A stretch of 64,000 nucleotides of DNA from Escherichia coli O127:H6 str. E2348/69 (GCF_000026545.1 NC_011601.1); one strand, 5' to 3'; positions 19,510-32,825 are shown, counted from the stretch's first letter. Notes: generated by a model from the sequence alone, not told the origin. Numbers and translations: made by a program.

Positions 19510-20376
19510 ATGACAGACAATACTTATCAGCCCGCGAAAGTCTGGACGTGGGATAAATCCGCTGGCGGCGCGTTCGCCAGTATCAATCGCCCGATTTCTG
19601 GTCCGACGCATGAAAAAACGCTGCCGGTGGGCAAACATCCATTGCAACTTTATTCGCTGGGAACGCCGAACGGTCAGAAAGTGACGATTATGCTCGAAGA
19701 ACTACTCGCACTGGGCGTTACTGGTGCAGAGTACGACGCCTGGCTGATTCGCATTGGCGATGGCGATCAATTCTCCAGCGGCTTTGTCGAAGTGAACCCG
19801 AATTCGAAGATCCCGGCATTGCGCGATCATACCCATAATCCGCCGATCCGCGTGTTTGAGTCAGGCTCGATTCTGCTTTATCTGGCGGAGAAATTTGGCT
19901 ACTTCTTGCCGCAGGATCTGGCAAAGCGTACTGAAACGATGAGCTGGCTGTTCTGGTTACAGGGCGCGGCACCGTTCCTCGGCGGTGGTTTTGGTCACTT
20001 TTACCATTACGCACCGGTGAAAATTGAGTACGCCATCAACCGCTTTACTATGGAAGCCAAGCGCCTTCTCGACGTGCTGGATAAGCAACTGGCGCAGCAT
20101 AAGTTTGTTGCGGGCGATGAGTACACCATTGCGGATATGGCGATCTGGCCGTGGTTTGGCAATGTGGTGTTAGGCGGCGTATATGATGCCGCAGAGTTTC
20201 TTGATGCGGGCAGTTATAAGCATGTACAACGCTGGGCGAAAGAAGTGGGCGAACGTCCGGCAGTGAAGCGTGGGCGTATTGTTAACCGCATCAACGGACC
20301 GCTGAACGAGCAGTTGCATGAACGCCATGACGCCAGTGATTTCGAGACGAATACGGAAGATAAGCGTCAGGGGTAA
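19510..20376 (+). CDS. yghU: Glutathione S-transferase-like protein YghU
   Basis: Start placed at internal Met MTDNTYQPAKVWTWDKS..., matching the YghU N-terminus (288 aa). Confidence 0.9.
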   Translation: MTDNTYQPAKVWTWDKSAGGAFASINRPISGPTHEKTLPVGKHPLQLYSLGTPNGQKVTIMLEELLALGVTGAEYDAWLIRIGDGDQFSSGFVEVNPNSKIPALRDHTHNPPIRVFESGSILLYLAEKFGYFLPQDLAKRTETMSWLFWLQGAAPFLGGGFGHFYHYAPVKIEYAINRFTMEAKRLLDVLDKQLAQHKFVAGDEYTIADMAIWPWFGNVVLGGVYDAAEFLDAGSYKHVQRWAKEVGERPAVKRGRIVNRINGPLNEQLHERHDASDFETNTEDKRQG

Positions 20377-20414
20377 TGGTTAGCGTTCGTCGCAGCAAGC
20401 CATCCAGACCAATG

Positions 20415-20512
20415 TAGGCCGGATAAGGCGTTCACGCCGCATCCGGCAATCAGGCACAATGCCTGATGCGACGCTGCCGCGTCTTATCAGGCCTACGAAA
20501 GCATCCGGCTTT
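20415..20512. repeat. REP/BIME-type extragenic palindromic repeat cluster
   Basis: Imperfect palindromes GCCGGATAAGGCGTTCACGCCGCATCCGGC and GCCTGATGCGACGCTGCCGCGTCTTATCAGGCCTAC between convergent yghU and hybG. Confidence 0.8.
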
Positions 20513-20517
20513 AATCA

Positions 20518-20766
20518 TCACGCGCTGGTAATGTCGTAATCCATTTGGCGCAGTGCGTCTAATGTGGCTTTGGCTTCGTCTTCATCGATAATGCTCATGG
20601 CAAATCCGACGTGTACCAGTACCCACTGGCCCAGCAGATCGGCAGGGTTACCTTCACAAATCAGGGCGATATTCACGTCGCGCTTGATACCACATACTTC
20701 AACCTGCGCAAGCTGGTGAATATCTTCACCGACAGCCAGCACCTGGCCTGGAACGCCAATACACAT
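20518..20766 (-). CDS. hybG: Hydrogenase maturation factor HybG (HypC family)
   Basis: 82-aa ORF beginning MCIGVPGQV (HypC-type N-terminal Cys). Confidence 0.95.
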
Positions 20767-20778
20767 TGTTAACTCCGG

Positions 20779-21120
20779 TTATTCAACTTCAATACTTTTG
20801 ACGATTAGCGAATCGCCGGTATCGACACGCAACCGCTCGCCGTGACAGATCGGACACTGCGCATCGTGCTGATGAATCTCCACCACCTGGCTGCAATCCC
20901 AACACCAGGCCTGGGCGGGTTTATAGACGATATGTAAATCGCACCCTTGCGCTACCGTTCCGTGGCAGACAATTTCAAAACTAAAACGGACGGCGCTCTC
21001 CTCAACGCAGGAGAGTGCGCCAATTTCCAGCCACACGGCGGTGACGCGCTTAACATCGTGCTGCTCCGCCTGCCGTTGGATAATTTCAACGGCGCTCTGG
21101 CAAAGCGACAACTCATGCAT
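20779..21120 (-). CDS. hybF: Hydrogenase nickel-incorporation protein HybF (HypA family)
   Basis: Start placed at MHELSLCQSAVEI...; two CxxC zinc motifs (CWDC, CPICHG); 113 aa. Confidence 0.9.
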   Translation of the reverse strand: MHELSLCQSAVEIIQRQAEQHDVKRVTAVWLEIGALSCVEESAVRFSFEIVCHGTVAQGCDLHIVYKPAQAWCWDCSQVVEIHQHDAQCPICHGERLRVDTGDSLIVKSIEVE

Positions 21121-21601
21121 TTTCGCCACTCCTGCGGCCAAATAGCAGGGCACGACGCCCTGCGTGTGGTACATCCGGATTGGTGACTGGCAGCGAAAGG
21201 ATCATTCGGGCGCAGTCATCCGTCAGCCGTTGGCCCTCTTCAATCGACATGCTGTGCGAAAGCGGCGACATCAGCGAGCAGGAGAGGTATTGCGAAACAC
21301 CGTCCAGTTCACCAACAGTAAAGGTCATAGTGCCATACGGCAGTTGCAGACCAATTTTTTCACTCACTTTGCGCAGCGGCCAGAGTTGATCCGGGCCGGG
21401 GAAGATAACTGCACTCAGCATCCACGGGGTGATCACACACCCCGTCCACTGACCTTCGAACAGCGTAAAGTCAGAAACATACACCGGCATTGAAGGATGC
21501 AGAAAAGAGAGATCATGCATCGAACGCCGGGCAATTTCTTCAAAAGCTACCTGTACTTGCGCCTTCGGGGAGGTCTGGAAACCTGCTATCTCTTCAGTCA
21601 T
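21113..21601 (-). CDS. hybE: Hydrogenase 2-specific chaperone HybE
   Basis: Start placed at MTEEIAGFQTSPKAQ... (162 aa); overlaps hybD and hybF ends as expected for this operon. Confidence 0.9.
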   Translation of the reverse strand: MTEEIAGFQTSPKAQVQVAFEEIARRSMHDLSFLHPSMPVYVSDFTLFEGQWTGCVITPWMLSAVIFPGPDQLWPLRKVSEKIGLQLPYGTMTFTVGELDGVSQYLSCSLMSPLSHSMSIEEGQRLTDDCARMILSLPVTNPDVPHAGRRALLFGRRSGENA

Positions 21602-22088
21602 GAGTCGCCTCCCGTGGGATAGCTTCCACGCCTGATTCGCGCAGCGCAGCCAGAACCTGCTCAAGCGCAGGTTCAATCATCGCTTCGACCGTCGGCGTCA
21701 AACCGATGTGCGGCTCCAGTGATTCCGGGATCACGCCGACCAGGGTCAGCTTTTTCGGAAACTCACCGGTGAAGCGCAGGGCCGACAAGACGTCGGCCAG
21801 GCCAAGCTGATGCGGAGAGATTTTGTTGGTAAACAACGCCGGAACTTCTTCATCCCGCAGGATCATCATCGTTCCCGGCGCGTTCTTTTTCGACACAATG
21901 GCATCCGCAATAATCAGATGATCGCGATTTGCCATGTCACCAAGCAGCTCCATTCCCGCTGTGCCGCCATCGAGGATCTCAACATAATCCGGCAGAATGT
22001 ATCGTTGCTCTAACGCTTCAACAATCCGCACACCGATGGCTTCATCAGTCAGCAAAATATTGCCGATCCCTAAGACTAAAATACGCAT
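21594..22088 (-). CDS. hybD: Hydrogenase 2 maturation endopeptidase HybD
   Basis: 164-aa ORF MRILVLGIGNILLTDEAIGVRIVE... typical of hydrogenase maturation proteases. Confidence 0.95.
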   Translation of the reverse strand: MRILVLGIGNILLTDEAIGVRIVEALEQRYILPDYVEILDGGTAGMELLGDMANRDHLIIADAIVSKKNAPGTMMILRDEEVPALFTNKISPHQLGLADVLSALRFTGEFPKKLTLVGVIPESLEPHIGLTPTVEAMIEPALEQVLAALRESGVEAIPREATHD

Positions 22089-23791
22089 TACAGAACCTTC
22101 ACTGAAACCACTTCATTGCCGTCGGCATCCACTACGTGTACCGCACAGGCCATGCACGGGTCGAAGGAGTGAATGGTACGCACCACTTCCAGCGGTTTAT
22201 TCGGATCGGCAACCGGTGTACCCACCAGAGACTGCTCGTAAGGACCGACGTCATCATTGAAGTTACGCGGGCCAGAGTTCCAGGTTGATGGAACAACTGC
22301 CTGGTAGTTACTGATGATACCGTCTTTAATAACCATCCAGTGAGAGAGCATACCGCGCGGTGCTTCGAGGAAACCTACGCCTTTGAACTCACCCGTTGCC
22401 GGAATGTTCGGCTTCACAAAGGTGGTGTGATCGCCTTTGCCGATATTGGTGATCAGTGCACTATATTGATTTTGCAGGATATCCTGCAATTCACAGCAGT
22501 GAACGGTACGACCAATAATACGGCCCAGCGTGGAGTGCAGCTGCGCCACTTCCAGCGTGTTGCCCGTCAGTTTCTGATAAATCGCAACGATTTCATTCAG
22601 TTTGTTCTGGGTAGACTCGCGTCCTGCCGCCAGTTTCACCAGCATGTTAGCCAGCGGACCCACTTCTACCGTTTTGCCGTAGAAAGTCGGTGATTTCACC
22701 CAGGAATATTTACCGTCGTCAGACCAACCATCATAAGCCGGAATGGTGGTACCTTCCCACGGTGCCTGCGGCGCTTCGTCTTTATACCAGGAATGCTTTG
22801 CGCTTTCCTGAATTCCTTTGATCAGGTATTCATCGGAATGAGAAGTGATCGGACGATACGAGGACAGATCCGCATTCTCAATGTAGCCACCCGGGAACAG
22901 GAAGCTGCCATTTTTACTGTCGGTCGGGAATTCCGGCACGCTCAGGTAGTTCACCGCACCTTTACCGCGCGTCAGCCATTCCGGGTAGAACGCAGCGATA
23001 ACTGCAGTATCAACCTTGTAAACCTGCTCAACAAAGTCGCTCAGCTTGTCGATGAAGGACTTGATGTACATCAGGCGCTCAAGGTTCAGCACACCCAGAC
23101 CGTCGAGGTTGATCGGGTTCGCGACACCACCTACCGCCAGGTTCTGAATATGCGGCGTTTTACCGCCCAGCAGCGCCACAACGCGGTTAGCGTCACGCTG
23201 ACACTCCAGCGCCTGCAGGTAGTGCGCTACCGCAATCAGGTTCACTTCCGGCGGCAGTTTCATTGCCGGGTGACCCCAGTAGCCATTGGCGAAAATACCC
23301 AACTGACCGCTGGCAACCAGATCTTTGATCTTGTTCTGAACTTTGGTGAACTCTTCCGGGCTGTTCAGATGCCAGGTCGAAACGCCTTTCAGCATTTCGG
23401 AGGCTTTGGTCGGATCGGCTTGCAGTGCAGAAGTGATGTCCACCCAGTCCAGCGCCGAAAGCTGATAGAAATGAACAATATGGTCATGCGTGGTGTGCGC
23501 AGCCAGAATGATGTTACGGATGTATTGCGCGTTAACCGGAACGTCGATATTCAGCGCACTTTCTGCCGCACGAACGGAAGACAGCGCGTGAGTGGTAGTA
23601 CATACGCCACAGATACGTTGCACAATCATCCATGCATCGCGCGGATCGCGGTTTTTCACGATCTCTTCCATGCCGCGCCACATGGTACCGGAAGCCCATG
23701 CTTTCGAAACGACGCCATTTTCGATTTCGCAATCAATGCGTAAATGCCCTTCAATACGGGTTACCGGATCAATAGTAATTCTCTGGCTCAT
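22088..23791 (-). CDS. hybC: [NiFe] hydrogenase 2 large subunit HybC
   Basis: 567-aa ORF; N-terminal RxCGxCxxxH nickel-binding motif (RICGVCTTTHA) and C-terminal DPCMACAVH motif. Confidence 0.95.
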   Translation of the reverse strand: MSQRITIDPVTRIEGHLRIDCEIENGVVSKAWASGTMWRGMEEIVKNRDPRDAWMIVQRICGVCTTTHALSSVRAAESALNIDVPVNAQYIRNIILAAHTTHDHIVHFYQLSALDWVDITSALQADPTKASEMLKGVSTWHLNSPEEFTKVQNKIKDLVASGQLGIFANGYWGHPAMKLPPEVNLIAVAHYLQALECQRDANRVVALLGGKTPHIQNLAVGGVANPINLDGLGVLNLERLMYIKSFIDKLSDFVEQVYKVDTAVIAAFYPEWLTRGKGAVNYLSVPEFPTDSKNGSFLFPGGYIENADLSSYRPITSHSDEYLIKGIQESAKHSWYKDEAPQAPWEGTTIPAYDGWSDDGKYSWVKSPTFYGKTVEVGPLANMLVKLAAGRESTQNKLNEIVAIYQKLTGNTLEVAQLHSTLGRIIGRTVHCCELQDILQNQYSALITNIGKGDHTTFVKPNIPATGEFKGVGFLEAPRGMLSHWMVIKDGIISNYQAVVPSTWNSGPRNFNDDVGPYEQSLVGTPVADPNKPLEVVRTIHSFDPCMACAVHVVDADGNEVVSVKVL

Positions 23792-24966
23792 GCTTTGCTC
23801 GCCTCATGACGATTATGATCGTTTTGTTTTAAAGGAGGAAGTATCGGCAGTAGACGAATGAGTACGATATAAGCGCAAATCTCAATAGCCACAAAACCAA
23901 TAGAAATCAACAGTTCTTCCCAGGTCGGGAAGTAGGCGTAACCGCCACCCGGGTTGAATGCCACCAGCGAATAGGTCAGACGCCAGGTTGCACAACCTAA
24001 CAGTGCACTCAGTGCTGACAGGAACAGCATGCGGGAATCATTACGCAACTTCGCCACACGCAGAACGACCAGCGGGAAGAGCATCAGCAGGACTTCAATC
24101 CAGAACATCACGGAGTAGAAGTCACCGGCAAACGCTAACGACAGCTTGTCGCGATAGATAAGCTCGCCAAAGCGCAGCACGATGAAAATCGCCAGCAACA
24201 CACTGATGGTGTTGGTCAGCTTAACGAACAGACTCTTTTCATCCGGACCGTTGCCACGCAGACCCGCCTGCACCAACGAACCTTCAAAGATGACAATCGA
24301 GAAGCCCATGATGAACGCCGTCAGCAGCGAGAACAGCGGCAACATTTCATAGCTTTGCCACAGCGGATGCACCTTGTAGCCCGCCGAGATCATCAGCGAT
24401 CCCATTGAAGACTGGTGCATAGTTGGCAGCAGCGCACCAAGCGCGATGATAAAGAACATCACCTTGTTCAGACGTTTGAGTGACAGTTTCCAGCCCAGAC
24501 GTTCAAACAATGCCGGAGCAAACTCCAGTGCCATCACACCGATGTAGATGGTCATACAGACCGCCGTCTCGAACAGTACCGAGTTCACGTTGAAGTGACC
24601 CGGAATGTAGAAGTACGGCAGGTTCCAGTAGCGACCCACGTCGATAGTGATCGACAAGCCACCCAGTGAATAACCAAACAGACTCGCCAACAGCGCCGGA
24701 CGCACCAGCGGATGGTATTGCCCACGGTTAAAGACGTATACTGCCCACGCCAGCGCCCAGCCGCCACAGGCAAAGCCGGTACCGATCAGCAGGTCAAACG
24801 CGATCCACACGCCCCACGGGAAGCCGCCGTTCAGGTCGGAGACAGAGCCCAGACCGAACACCAGACGCTTCACAATCAGGAGCATACAGATGACGATTAA
24901 CGGTCCAAAAATCATGACCGGTTTACTGATGATTTTGCCGCCCAGCGGTTGTGGATCATGACTCAT
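23788..24966 (-). CDS. hybB: Hydrogenase 2 integral membrane subunit HybB
   Basis: 392-aa polytopic membrane ORF between hybA and hybC. Confidence 0.9.
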   Translation of the reverse strand: MSHDPQPLGGKIISKPVMIFGPLIVICMLLIVKRLVFGLGSVSDLNGGFPWGVWIAFDLLIGTGFACGGWALAWAVYVFNRGQYHPLVRPALLASLFGYSLGGLSITIDVGRYWNLPYFYIPGHFNVNSVLFETAVCMTIYIGVMALEFAPALFERLGWKLSLKRLNKVMFFIIALGALLPTMHQSSMGSLMISAGYKVHPLWQSYEMLPLFSLLTAFIMGFSIVIFEGSLVQAGLRGNGPDEKSLFVKLTNTISVLLAIFIVLRFGELIYRDKLSLAFAGDFYSVMFWIEVLLMLFPLVVLRVAKLRNDSRMLFLSALSALLGCATWRLTYSLVAFNPGGGYAYFPTWEELLISIGFVAIEICAYIVLIRLLPILPPLKQNDHNRHEASKA

Positions 24967-25942
24967 GATCGTCTCCTCCGTCGTGATGGTCGTTTTTAGT
25001 GTTGCGACGAACCAGCACGGTTAAGCCCGCCAGCACAGCCAGTGGTAGCATCATGCCTTTATACAGGGTGTGTTGGACATGTTCGGAACGCGCACCAGTA
25101 GAAAGATCGTCCAGTTTCGGCAGGTCGAGATTTTCATAAGGCACACCCGTCAGTACCAGAACCTGAGTACCGCCGCCCTCTTTCTCGCCGTACAGATGCG
25201 GATAATATTTCGGCACCGTATGCAGGTAAGTGTCGCCAGATTTCAGCGTCTGACGCGGATAGTGGTATTCGCTGCCCGGCTTCAGCGCCAGACGTTTTTT
25301 CGCCTCCGCCATCAGCTCTTCACGCGTACCAAAAATCACCGCGCCCGCCGGGCACACTTCTACGCAGCCAGGCAGACCGCCTTTATCGAGACGTTCCACA
25401 CCTTTCTGGTTGCACAACTCGCACTTATGCAGCGCACCAAACGGGTTGTTGTAGTCGTACTTCGGCACGTTGTATGGGCAGGCGACCATGCAGTAACGGC
25501 AGCCGGTGCACACATCTTTGTCGTAATGGACAATGCCGGTTTTCGGATCTTTTTTCAGCGCAGAGACCGGGCACACAGAGACACAGTTCGGATCGACGCA
25601 GTGCATACACTGTTTCTTAATGTACGCGTAGCCATTCTCCTCCTGGTCTTTGTTGACCCCTGTGCCGCTGGTCCACACCTGAATGATGTTATTGGTATAC
25701 GGCGACAGTTTGTCGTTGTTCGACCAGGTCTGTTCCCCTTGCGGGTTACGTTCAGGGAAGTTGATATCCTGACACTTGGTGACGCAAGCCTGACAGCCTA
25801 CGCACAAGGTCGAGTCGTACAACATCCCCAGCGATCCCGGAATTGGCGGGCGGTTTTCAGCAGCCGCATGACTGACAGACGGCAGCGCGCCCGTCAGCAA
25901 TGCCCCGCAGGAGGCTGCTTTAATAAAATTACGTCTGTTCAC
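24956..25942 (-). CDS. hybA: Hydrogenase 2 iron-sulfur ferredoxin-type subunit HybA
   Basis: 328-aa ORF with several CxxCxxCxxxCP 4Fe-4S motifs and a twin-arginine-like N-terminus ([11 protein letters not shown]). Confidence 0.95.
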   Translation of the reverse strand: MNRRNFIKAASCGALLTGALPSVSHAAAENRPPIPGSLGMLYDSTLCVGCQACVTKCQDINFPERNPQGEQTWSNNDKLSPYTNNIIQVWTSGTGVNKDQEENGYAYIKKQCMHCVDPNCVSVCPVSALKKDPKTGIVHYDKDVCTGCRYCMVACPYNVPKYDYNNPFGALHKCELCNQKGVERLDKGGLPGCVEVCPAGAVIFGTREELMAEAKKRLALKPGSEYHYPRQTLKSGDTYLHTVPKYYPHLYGEKEGGGTQVLVLTGVPYENLDLPKLDDLSTGARSEHVQHTLYKGMMLPLAVLAGLTVLVRRNTKNDHHDGGDDHES

Positions 25943-25944
25943 GG

Positions 25945-27063
25945 TTATTCTCCCCGTGAGTCAGCGTTATCTTTCTTTTGCTGACGACCCAGTTCACGCA
26001 CCGCCATCACGCTGACACCGGCAACCAGCCCAACCACACCGCCGAGCAAACCAATAGCGCCTGCCGAGACGTTGCCGCCTTCTTTAGCGTTAACGTCCGG
26101 TTTCTGTGAACGCGGAGTCTGGTTTTCGACGTTGGCAAGCTGATGGATGTCTTTATGGAAGCCGATACCTTCTTCGTTACAGCCATAGCACGGGTGACCA
26201 ATCGCTACCGGCCACACGCCGCCAACATCGCAGAATTGCAGCGTTGAGCAGTTGCCGTAAGTTTCTGGCCCTTTACAGCCGAGGTGGTACAGGCACCAAC
26301 CTTCGCGGTGGCCTTCATCACCGAACTCTTTGGCAAAACGACCAGCATCGAAGTGCGGGCGACGTTCACAGTGTTCGTGAATCAGACGACCATAGGCGAA
26401 AGTCGGACGGTTTTTGTCATCCAGTTTCGGCGGTTTGCCGTAAGTGATGATGTGCGCAACGGTCGCGAGGAAGTTGTGCGGGTTCGGCGGGCAGCCAGGA
26501 ATATTGATAACGGTTTTGCCCGGTAGAACTTCTTGCAGGCTGACTGCGCCAGTTGGGTTAACTCCAGCTGCGGCAACACCGCCCCACGCAGAGCAGGAAC
26601 CGATAGCGATAATGGCTGCTGCGCCTTCCGCCGCTTTGCGGATGTGATCCACAATCGGCTCACCGGCAACCATGCAATAAATACCGTTATCTTTTAATGG
26701 GATGGAACCATCCACCACTAACACATACTGCCCTTTGTACTTCTCGAGAGCGTTATGTTTGTTCTCTTCGACCTGATGACCGAAGGCGGCGGAAAGCACT
26801 TCGTGATACTCCAGAGAGATAGTCTCCAGCACGAGGTTTTCTACCGTTGGATGCGTTGCACGAAGCAGAGATTCCGTACAACCGGTGCACTCCTGCGCGC
26901 CAATCCAGATAACTGGCGGACGCTGCGGGTTAGTAACCGATTCGGCCATCTCTGCAGCGGCTTTGCTACTTAACCCCATGGTGGCGGCTAATGCTGCACA
27001 AAGCTTCATGAAATCACGACGGTTAATGCCGTGAGAATGGATGAGGGTGTTATCTCCAGTCAT
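25945..27063 (-). CDS. hybO: [NiFe] hydrogenase 2 small subunit HybO
   Basis: 372-aa ORF with Tat signal ([13 protein letters not shown]) and cysteine-rich Fe-S ligand motifs. Confidence 0.95.
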   Translation of the reverse strand: MTGDNTLIHSHGINRRDFMKLCAALAATMGLSSKAAAEMAESVTNPQRPPVIWIGAQECTGCTESLLRATHPTVENLVLETISLEYHEVLSAAFGHQVEENKHNALEKYKGQYVLVVDGSIPLKDNGIYCMVAGEPIVDHIRKAAEGAAAIIAIGSCSAWGGVAAAGVNPTGAVSLQEVLPGKTVINIPGCPPNPHNFLATVAHIITYGKPPKLDDKNRPTFAYGRLIHEHCERRPHFDAGRFAKEFGDEGHREGWCLYHLGCKGPETYGNCSTLQFCDVGGVWPVAIGHPCYGCNEEGIGFHKDIHQLANVENQTPRSQKPDVNAKEGGNVSAGAIGLLGGVVGLVAGVSVMAVRELGRQQKKDNADSRGE

Positions 27064-27251
27064 TTATAGTTATTCCGTTGCGAAGACCTGGCATATATTT
27101 TGCCTCAATCGCAAAATCAATAATGCGATCGATGCGCCATTTACCACACATTTATTATGGTTATCGATATCATGATACTGCGGCGGGGCACTAAAACGAA
27201 GGGAAGAAGCATTAGTGTAATTAATTAAAGCAAGATAATACGTATGTTTGA
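27064..27251. promoter_or_regulatory. hyb operon promoter region
   Basis: AT-rich 188-bp region immediately upstream of hybO (minus strand); no individual binding sites resolved. Confidence 0.4.
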
Positions 27252-27539
27252 TCAATTTTCTAGGCGATAACCAGCCATAAAAAAGCGCAACGTAGAACAG
27301 GAATTATTCTCACGAAAGAAATCCATTACCATCTCTTTATCCAGTCCATAACGGCGCGTCAGAATACCCGCTTCCCAGGCGCTAAGCTGGCGATCTCCGG
27401 TCTTTTCGTACATCCGGTGTGAGTAGCCTAATACAAAACCGCGTTTATAATCGGCACAGAATTTTGTCACATTAACCGCACTGTCGGCATGCGTTGCTTT
27501 TAATCCCGCCATTAAGCCTTTACCAAAATGGTTATTCAT
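27252..27539 (-). CDS. yghW: Small protein YghW (DUF2623-like)
   Basis: 95-aa [23 protein letters not shown]... recognised as YghW. Confidence 0.85.
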
Positions 27540-27657
27540 CGTTCACCTCATTCGCTATATATTGCCATATATAGCGATATTTTAGGCAAAGAACGACATT
27601 TGCGCACGCTATTTTTTCATGCTTGTTTAAGACGTAATCCTGTAAGAGATAAACCCA

Positions 27658-28545
27658 TCAGGAGAGATATTTATCGAACCATTTCAGCGTCCTTTGCCAG
27701 GCAAGATCGGCGGCAGATTTGTCATAACGGGGCGTGGAATCATTATGGAATCCGTGATTAACCCCCGGATATATATACGCCTCATAGACCTTATTATTGG
27801 CTTTCAACGCCGCCTCGTAAGCGGGCCAGCCCTCGTTGATTCGGCTATCCAGTTCAGCGTAGTGGAGCAGTAAAGGCGCTTCAATCTTCGCCACATCGGC
27901 AGTGGGTGCCTGACGCCCATAAAACGGCACCGCGCAGGCCAGTTCCGGATACGCGACTGCTGCCGCGTTCGATACGCCCCCGCCATAGCAAAATCCGCTA
28001 ATACCCACTTTGCCTGTCGCTTGCGGATAGCGTTGCATAAACTCAATTGCGGCAAAGAAATCATTCATCAGTTTGGTTGGATCAACCTGCTGTTGCAGCT
28101 CACGACCTTTATCATCATTTCCCGGATAACCTCCAACGGAACTTAAGCCGTCAGGTGCCAGGGCGATATACCCCGCCTTCGCCACTCGCCGTGCCACATC
28201 TTCGATATACGGATTCAGTCCACGATTCTCATGCACCACCACCACGGCTGGCGTTTTGCCGCTCATTTTTGCGGGCTTCACCAGATAACCCCGTACCTCG
28301 CCGTGACCATTTGGCGAGGGATACGTGATGTACTCAGCAACAATTTCCGGGTCGGTAAACTCTACCTGAGTCGCCAGCGCATAATTTGGCTTGAGCAAAT
28401 CAAACAGCGCTAATGCCGTCATCCCGCCCACCGCATACTTCGCCGCAAGGTTGAGGAACTCACGTTTCGAGATTTTCCCGTGAGCGTAATAGTCGTAGTA
28501 ATCCAGCAACTCTTGTGGGAAATCTTTGGCGGTTAAACGCGGCAT
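27658..28545 (-). CDS. yghX: Dienelactone hydrolase-family protein YghX (intact here)
   Basis: Start placed at MPRLTAKDFPQ..., preceded by a GAGGAG ribosome-binding site; alpha/beta-hydrolase of dienelactone hydrolase type. Remembered as a frameshifted pseudogene in K-12; uninterrupted in this window. Confidence 0.8.
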   Translation of the reverse strand: MPRLTAKDFPQELLDYYDYYAHGKISKREFLNLAAKYAVGGMTALALFDLLKPNYALATQVEFTDPEIVAEYITYPSPNGHGEVRGYLVKPAKMSGKTPAVVVVHENRGLNPYIEDVARRVAKAGYIALAPDGLSSVGGYPGNDDKGRELQQQVDPTKLMNDFFAAIEFMQRYPQATGKVGISGFCYGGGVSNAAAVAYPELACAVPFYGRQAPTADVAKIEAPLLLHYAELDSRINEGWPAYEAALKANNKVYEAYIYPGVNHGFHNDSTPRYDKSAADLAWQRTLKWFDKYLS

Positions 28546-28701
28546 CGTTGCACTCCTCAACTGGTGTTTTTTTAAGCAAAGCATAAGCGCGTGTTTTTGC
28601 CCAGTTTTTCGTCACTCTGTGAGCCAGACTACGGGATACGCGCTGGCGAATCGCTAAACTAGAAACATTGTTTCGAAATTGAACGATGGAAAGGAGAGGT
28701 C

Positions 28702-29010
28702 ATGGTCTGGTTAGCGAATCCCGAACGTTACGGGCAGATGCAGTACCGCTATTGCGGAAAAAGTGGTTTACGCCTGCCCGCGTTATCGCTCGGTTTATGG
28801 CACAATTTCGGTCACGTTAACGCGCTGGAATCACAGCGTGCGATCCTGCGTAAAGCGTTTGATTTAGGCATTACGCACTTTGATTTAGCCAACAATTACG
28901 GGCCGCCTCCAGGAAGCGCAGAAGAGAACTTTGGTCGCCTGCTGCGCGAGGATTTTGCCGCTTATCGCGATGAACTGATTATCTCTACCAAAGCCGGATA
29001 CGATATGTGG
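28702..29010 (+). pseudogene. yghZ: yghZ 5' fragment (aldo-keto reductase), interrupted by IS insertion
   Basis: Encodes MVWLANPERYGQMQYRYCGKSGLRLPALSLGLWHNFG...STKAGYDMW, then runs into the IS end, which supplies a TGA stop; the remainder of the reading frame resumes at 30440. Confidence 0.9.
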
Positions 29011-29034
29011 TGAACTGCACCCCAAATGTTGGAC
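29011..29034 (+). repeat. IS left terminal inverted repeat
   Basis: TGAACTGCACCCCAAATGTTGGAC, matching the reverse complement of the right end at about 20 of 24 positions. Confidence 0.75.
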
Positions 29035-29061
29035 ATAATCTGACATCTGAAGGTACAGTTT

Positions 29062-29555
29062 ATGAAACATTCATTTGAAGTAAAACTTGCCGCTGTAAAT
29101 CATTACCTGGCTGGTCATGCAGGCATCATTTCTACGGCAAAACTCTTTCAACTTTCTCACACCAGCCTCTCACACTGGATTAATCTTTTTCTTCTTCACG
29201 GTCCTCGGGCACTGGATTGCAGACACAAGCGTAGCTATTCTCCTGAAGATAAACTTTGCGTGGTTCTTTATGCTCTCGGGCATTCTGAGTCTCTACCCCG
29301 GGTAGCTGCCCGGTTTAACATTCCCAGCCACAACACGGTTAAAAACTGGATAAAAGGCTACCGCAAATCTGGTAATGAGGCCTTTATCAGGCGCAGGAAG
29401 GAGAAAAGCATGACCCGTTCTGATGATACCCATGAAAACGAGGCAAACATGACGCCGGAAGAGATGAAGAATGAGCTGCGTTATCTTCGCGCAGAAAATG
29501 CATATCTGAAAGCCATGCAGGAGCATCTCCTGGAAAAAAAGCGCCAGGAGCTGGA

Positions 29556-29583
<28 letters not shown>
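29062..29583 (+). CDS. insJ: IS150 transposase OrfA (InsJ, HTH DNA-binding)
   Basis: 173-aa ORF MKHSFEVKLAAVNHYLAGHAGIISTAKLF... recognised as IS150 InsJ; leucine-zipper-like C-terminal region. Confidence 0.9.
29535..29541 (+). other. Programmed -1 ribosomal frameshift slippery heptamer (A_AAA_AAG)
   Basis: A AAA AAG lies in the OrfA frame just before its stop, and the downstream OrfB is in the -1 frame; the classic IS3-family arrangement yielding an OrfAB fusion transposase. Confidence 0.7.
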
Positions 29584-31174
<1,591 letters not shown>

Positions 31175-31213
31175 CCTGTTAATAACGGGCGCGAGAACCG
31201 CGCCCGAATCAGA

Positions 31214-31777
<564 letters not shown>

Positions 31778-31898
31778 TCAACATATCCGTTAAACCTTTG
31801 TCGCATAAATCCGAGGTTTAGGGATCTTCCTGGTTCCCTTATCAACGCATCGAGAGCGTCTACCCTTAAAGGGCGTTGAACCTGAAGGGAGAAAAACA

Positions 31899-32783
31899 AT
31901 GTCTCATTTAAAAGACCCGACCACGCAGTATTACACTGGTGAATATCCCAAACAGAAACAACCGACGCCAGGCATCCAGGCGAAAATGACACCGGTGCCG
32001 GATTGCGGCGAGAAAACCTATGTTGGTAGCGGCCGCCTGAAAGATCGTAAAGCACTGGTGACAGGGGGCGATTCCGGAATCGGTCGCGCTGCCGCCATTG
32101 CTTACGCGCGTGAAGGGGCTGACGTGGCGATCAGTTATCTTCCCGTGGAAGAAGAAGACGCTCAGGATGTGAAAAAGATCATTGAAGAATGCGGACGCAA
32201 AGCCGTTCTGCTGCCAGGCGATTTAAGCGATGAGAAATTCGCCCGTTCGCTGGTTCACGAAGCACACAAGGCGTTAGGCGGGCTGGATATTATGGCGCTG
32301 GTAGCCGGGAAACAGGTTGCCATTCCTGATATTGCAGACCTCACCAGCGAACAGTTTCAAAAGACCTTTGCCATTAACGTTTTCGCGTTGTTCTGGCTAA
32401 CCCAGGAAGCGATCCCCCTGCTACCGAAAGGTGCAAGTATCATCACCACTTCCTCAATCCAGGCATACCAGCCAAGCCCGCATTTACTGGACTATGCGGC
32501 TACGAAGGTGGCAATTCTGAACTACAGCCGTGGCCTGGCAAAACAGGTCGCAGAGAAAGGTATTCGGGTGAATATTGTCGCGCCAGGCCCGATCTGGACA
32601 GCACTGCAAATTTCTGGCGGGCAAACGCAGGATAAGATCCCGCAGTTTGGTCAGAAAACGCCGATGAAGCGTGCGGGGCAACCGGCGGAGCTGGCCCCTG
32701 TATATGTTTACCTGGCAAGTCAGGAGTCGAGCTACGTCACCGCAGAAGTGCACGGTGTCTGCGGCGGCGAGCATTTAGGTTAA
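31899..32783 (+). CDS. yghA: Short-chain dehydrogenase/reductase YghA
   Basis: 294-aa ORF; SDR cofactor motif [10 protein letters not shown] and active-site Y-x3-K (YAATKVA). Confidence 0.9.
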   Translation: MSHLKDPTTQYYTGEYPKQKQPTPGIQAKMTPVPDCGEKTYVGSGRLKDRKALVTGGDSGIGRAAAIAYAREGADVAISYLPVEEEDAQDVKKIIEECGRKAVLLPGDLSDEKFARSLVHEAHKALGGLDIMALVAGKQVAIPDIADLTSEQFQKTFAINVFALFWLTQEAIPLLPKGASIITTSSIQAYQPSPHLLDYAATKVAILNYSRGLAKQVAEKGIRVNIVAPGPIWTALQISGGQTQDKIPQFGQKTPMKRAGQPAELAPVYVYLASQESSYVTAEVHGVCGGEHLG

Positions 32784-32825
32784 AAAAATGCCCGGTTGTG
32801 AAAAGCAACCGGGCATCATTTTTAT
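32784..32825. terminator. Bidirectional intrinsic terminator (yghA / exbD)
   Basis: Stem ATGCCCGGTTG...CAACCGGGCAT flanked by A-run upstream and T-run downstream, between convergent genes. Confidence 0.75.

Noticed and set aside
22793-23743. 316-aa ORF on the plus strand inside hybC
   Set aside because: Antisense shadow ORF within a well-supported hydrogenase large-subunit gene; Arg/His-rich low-complexity translation typical of reverse-frame artefacts.
25070-25984. 304-aa ORF on the plus strand inside hybA
   Set aside because: Antisense shadow ORF; extremely Arg-rich translation.
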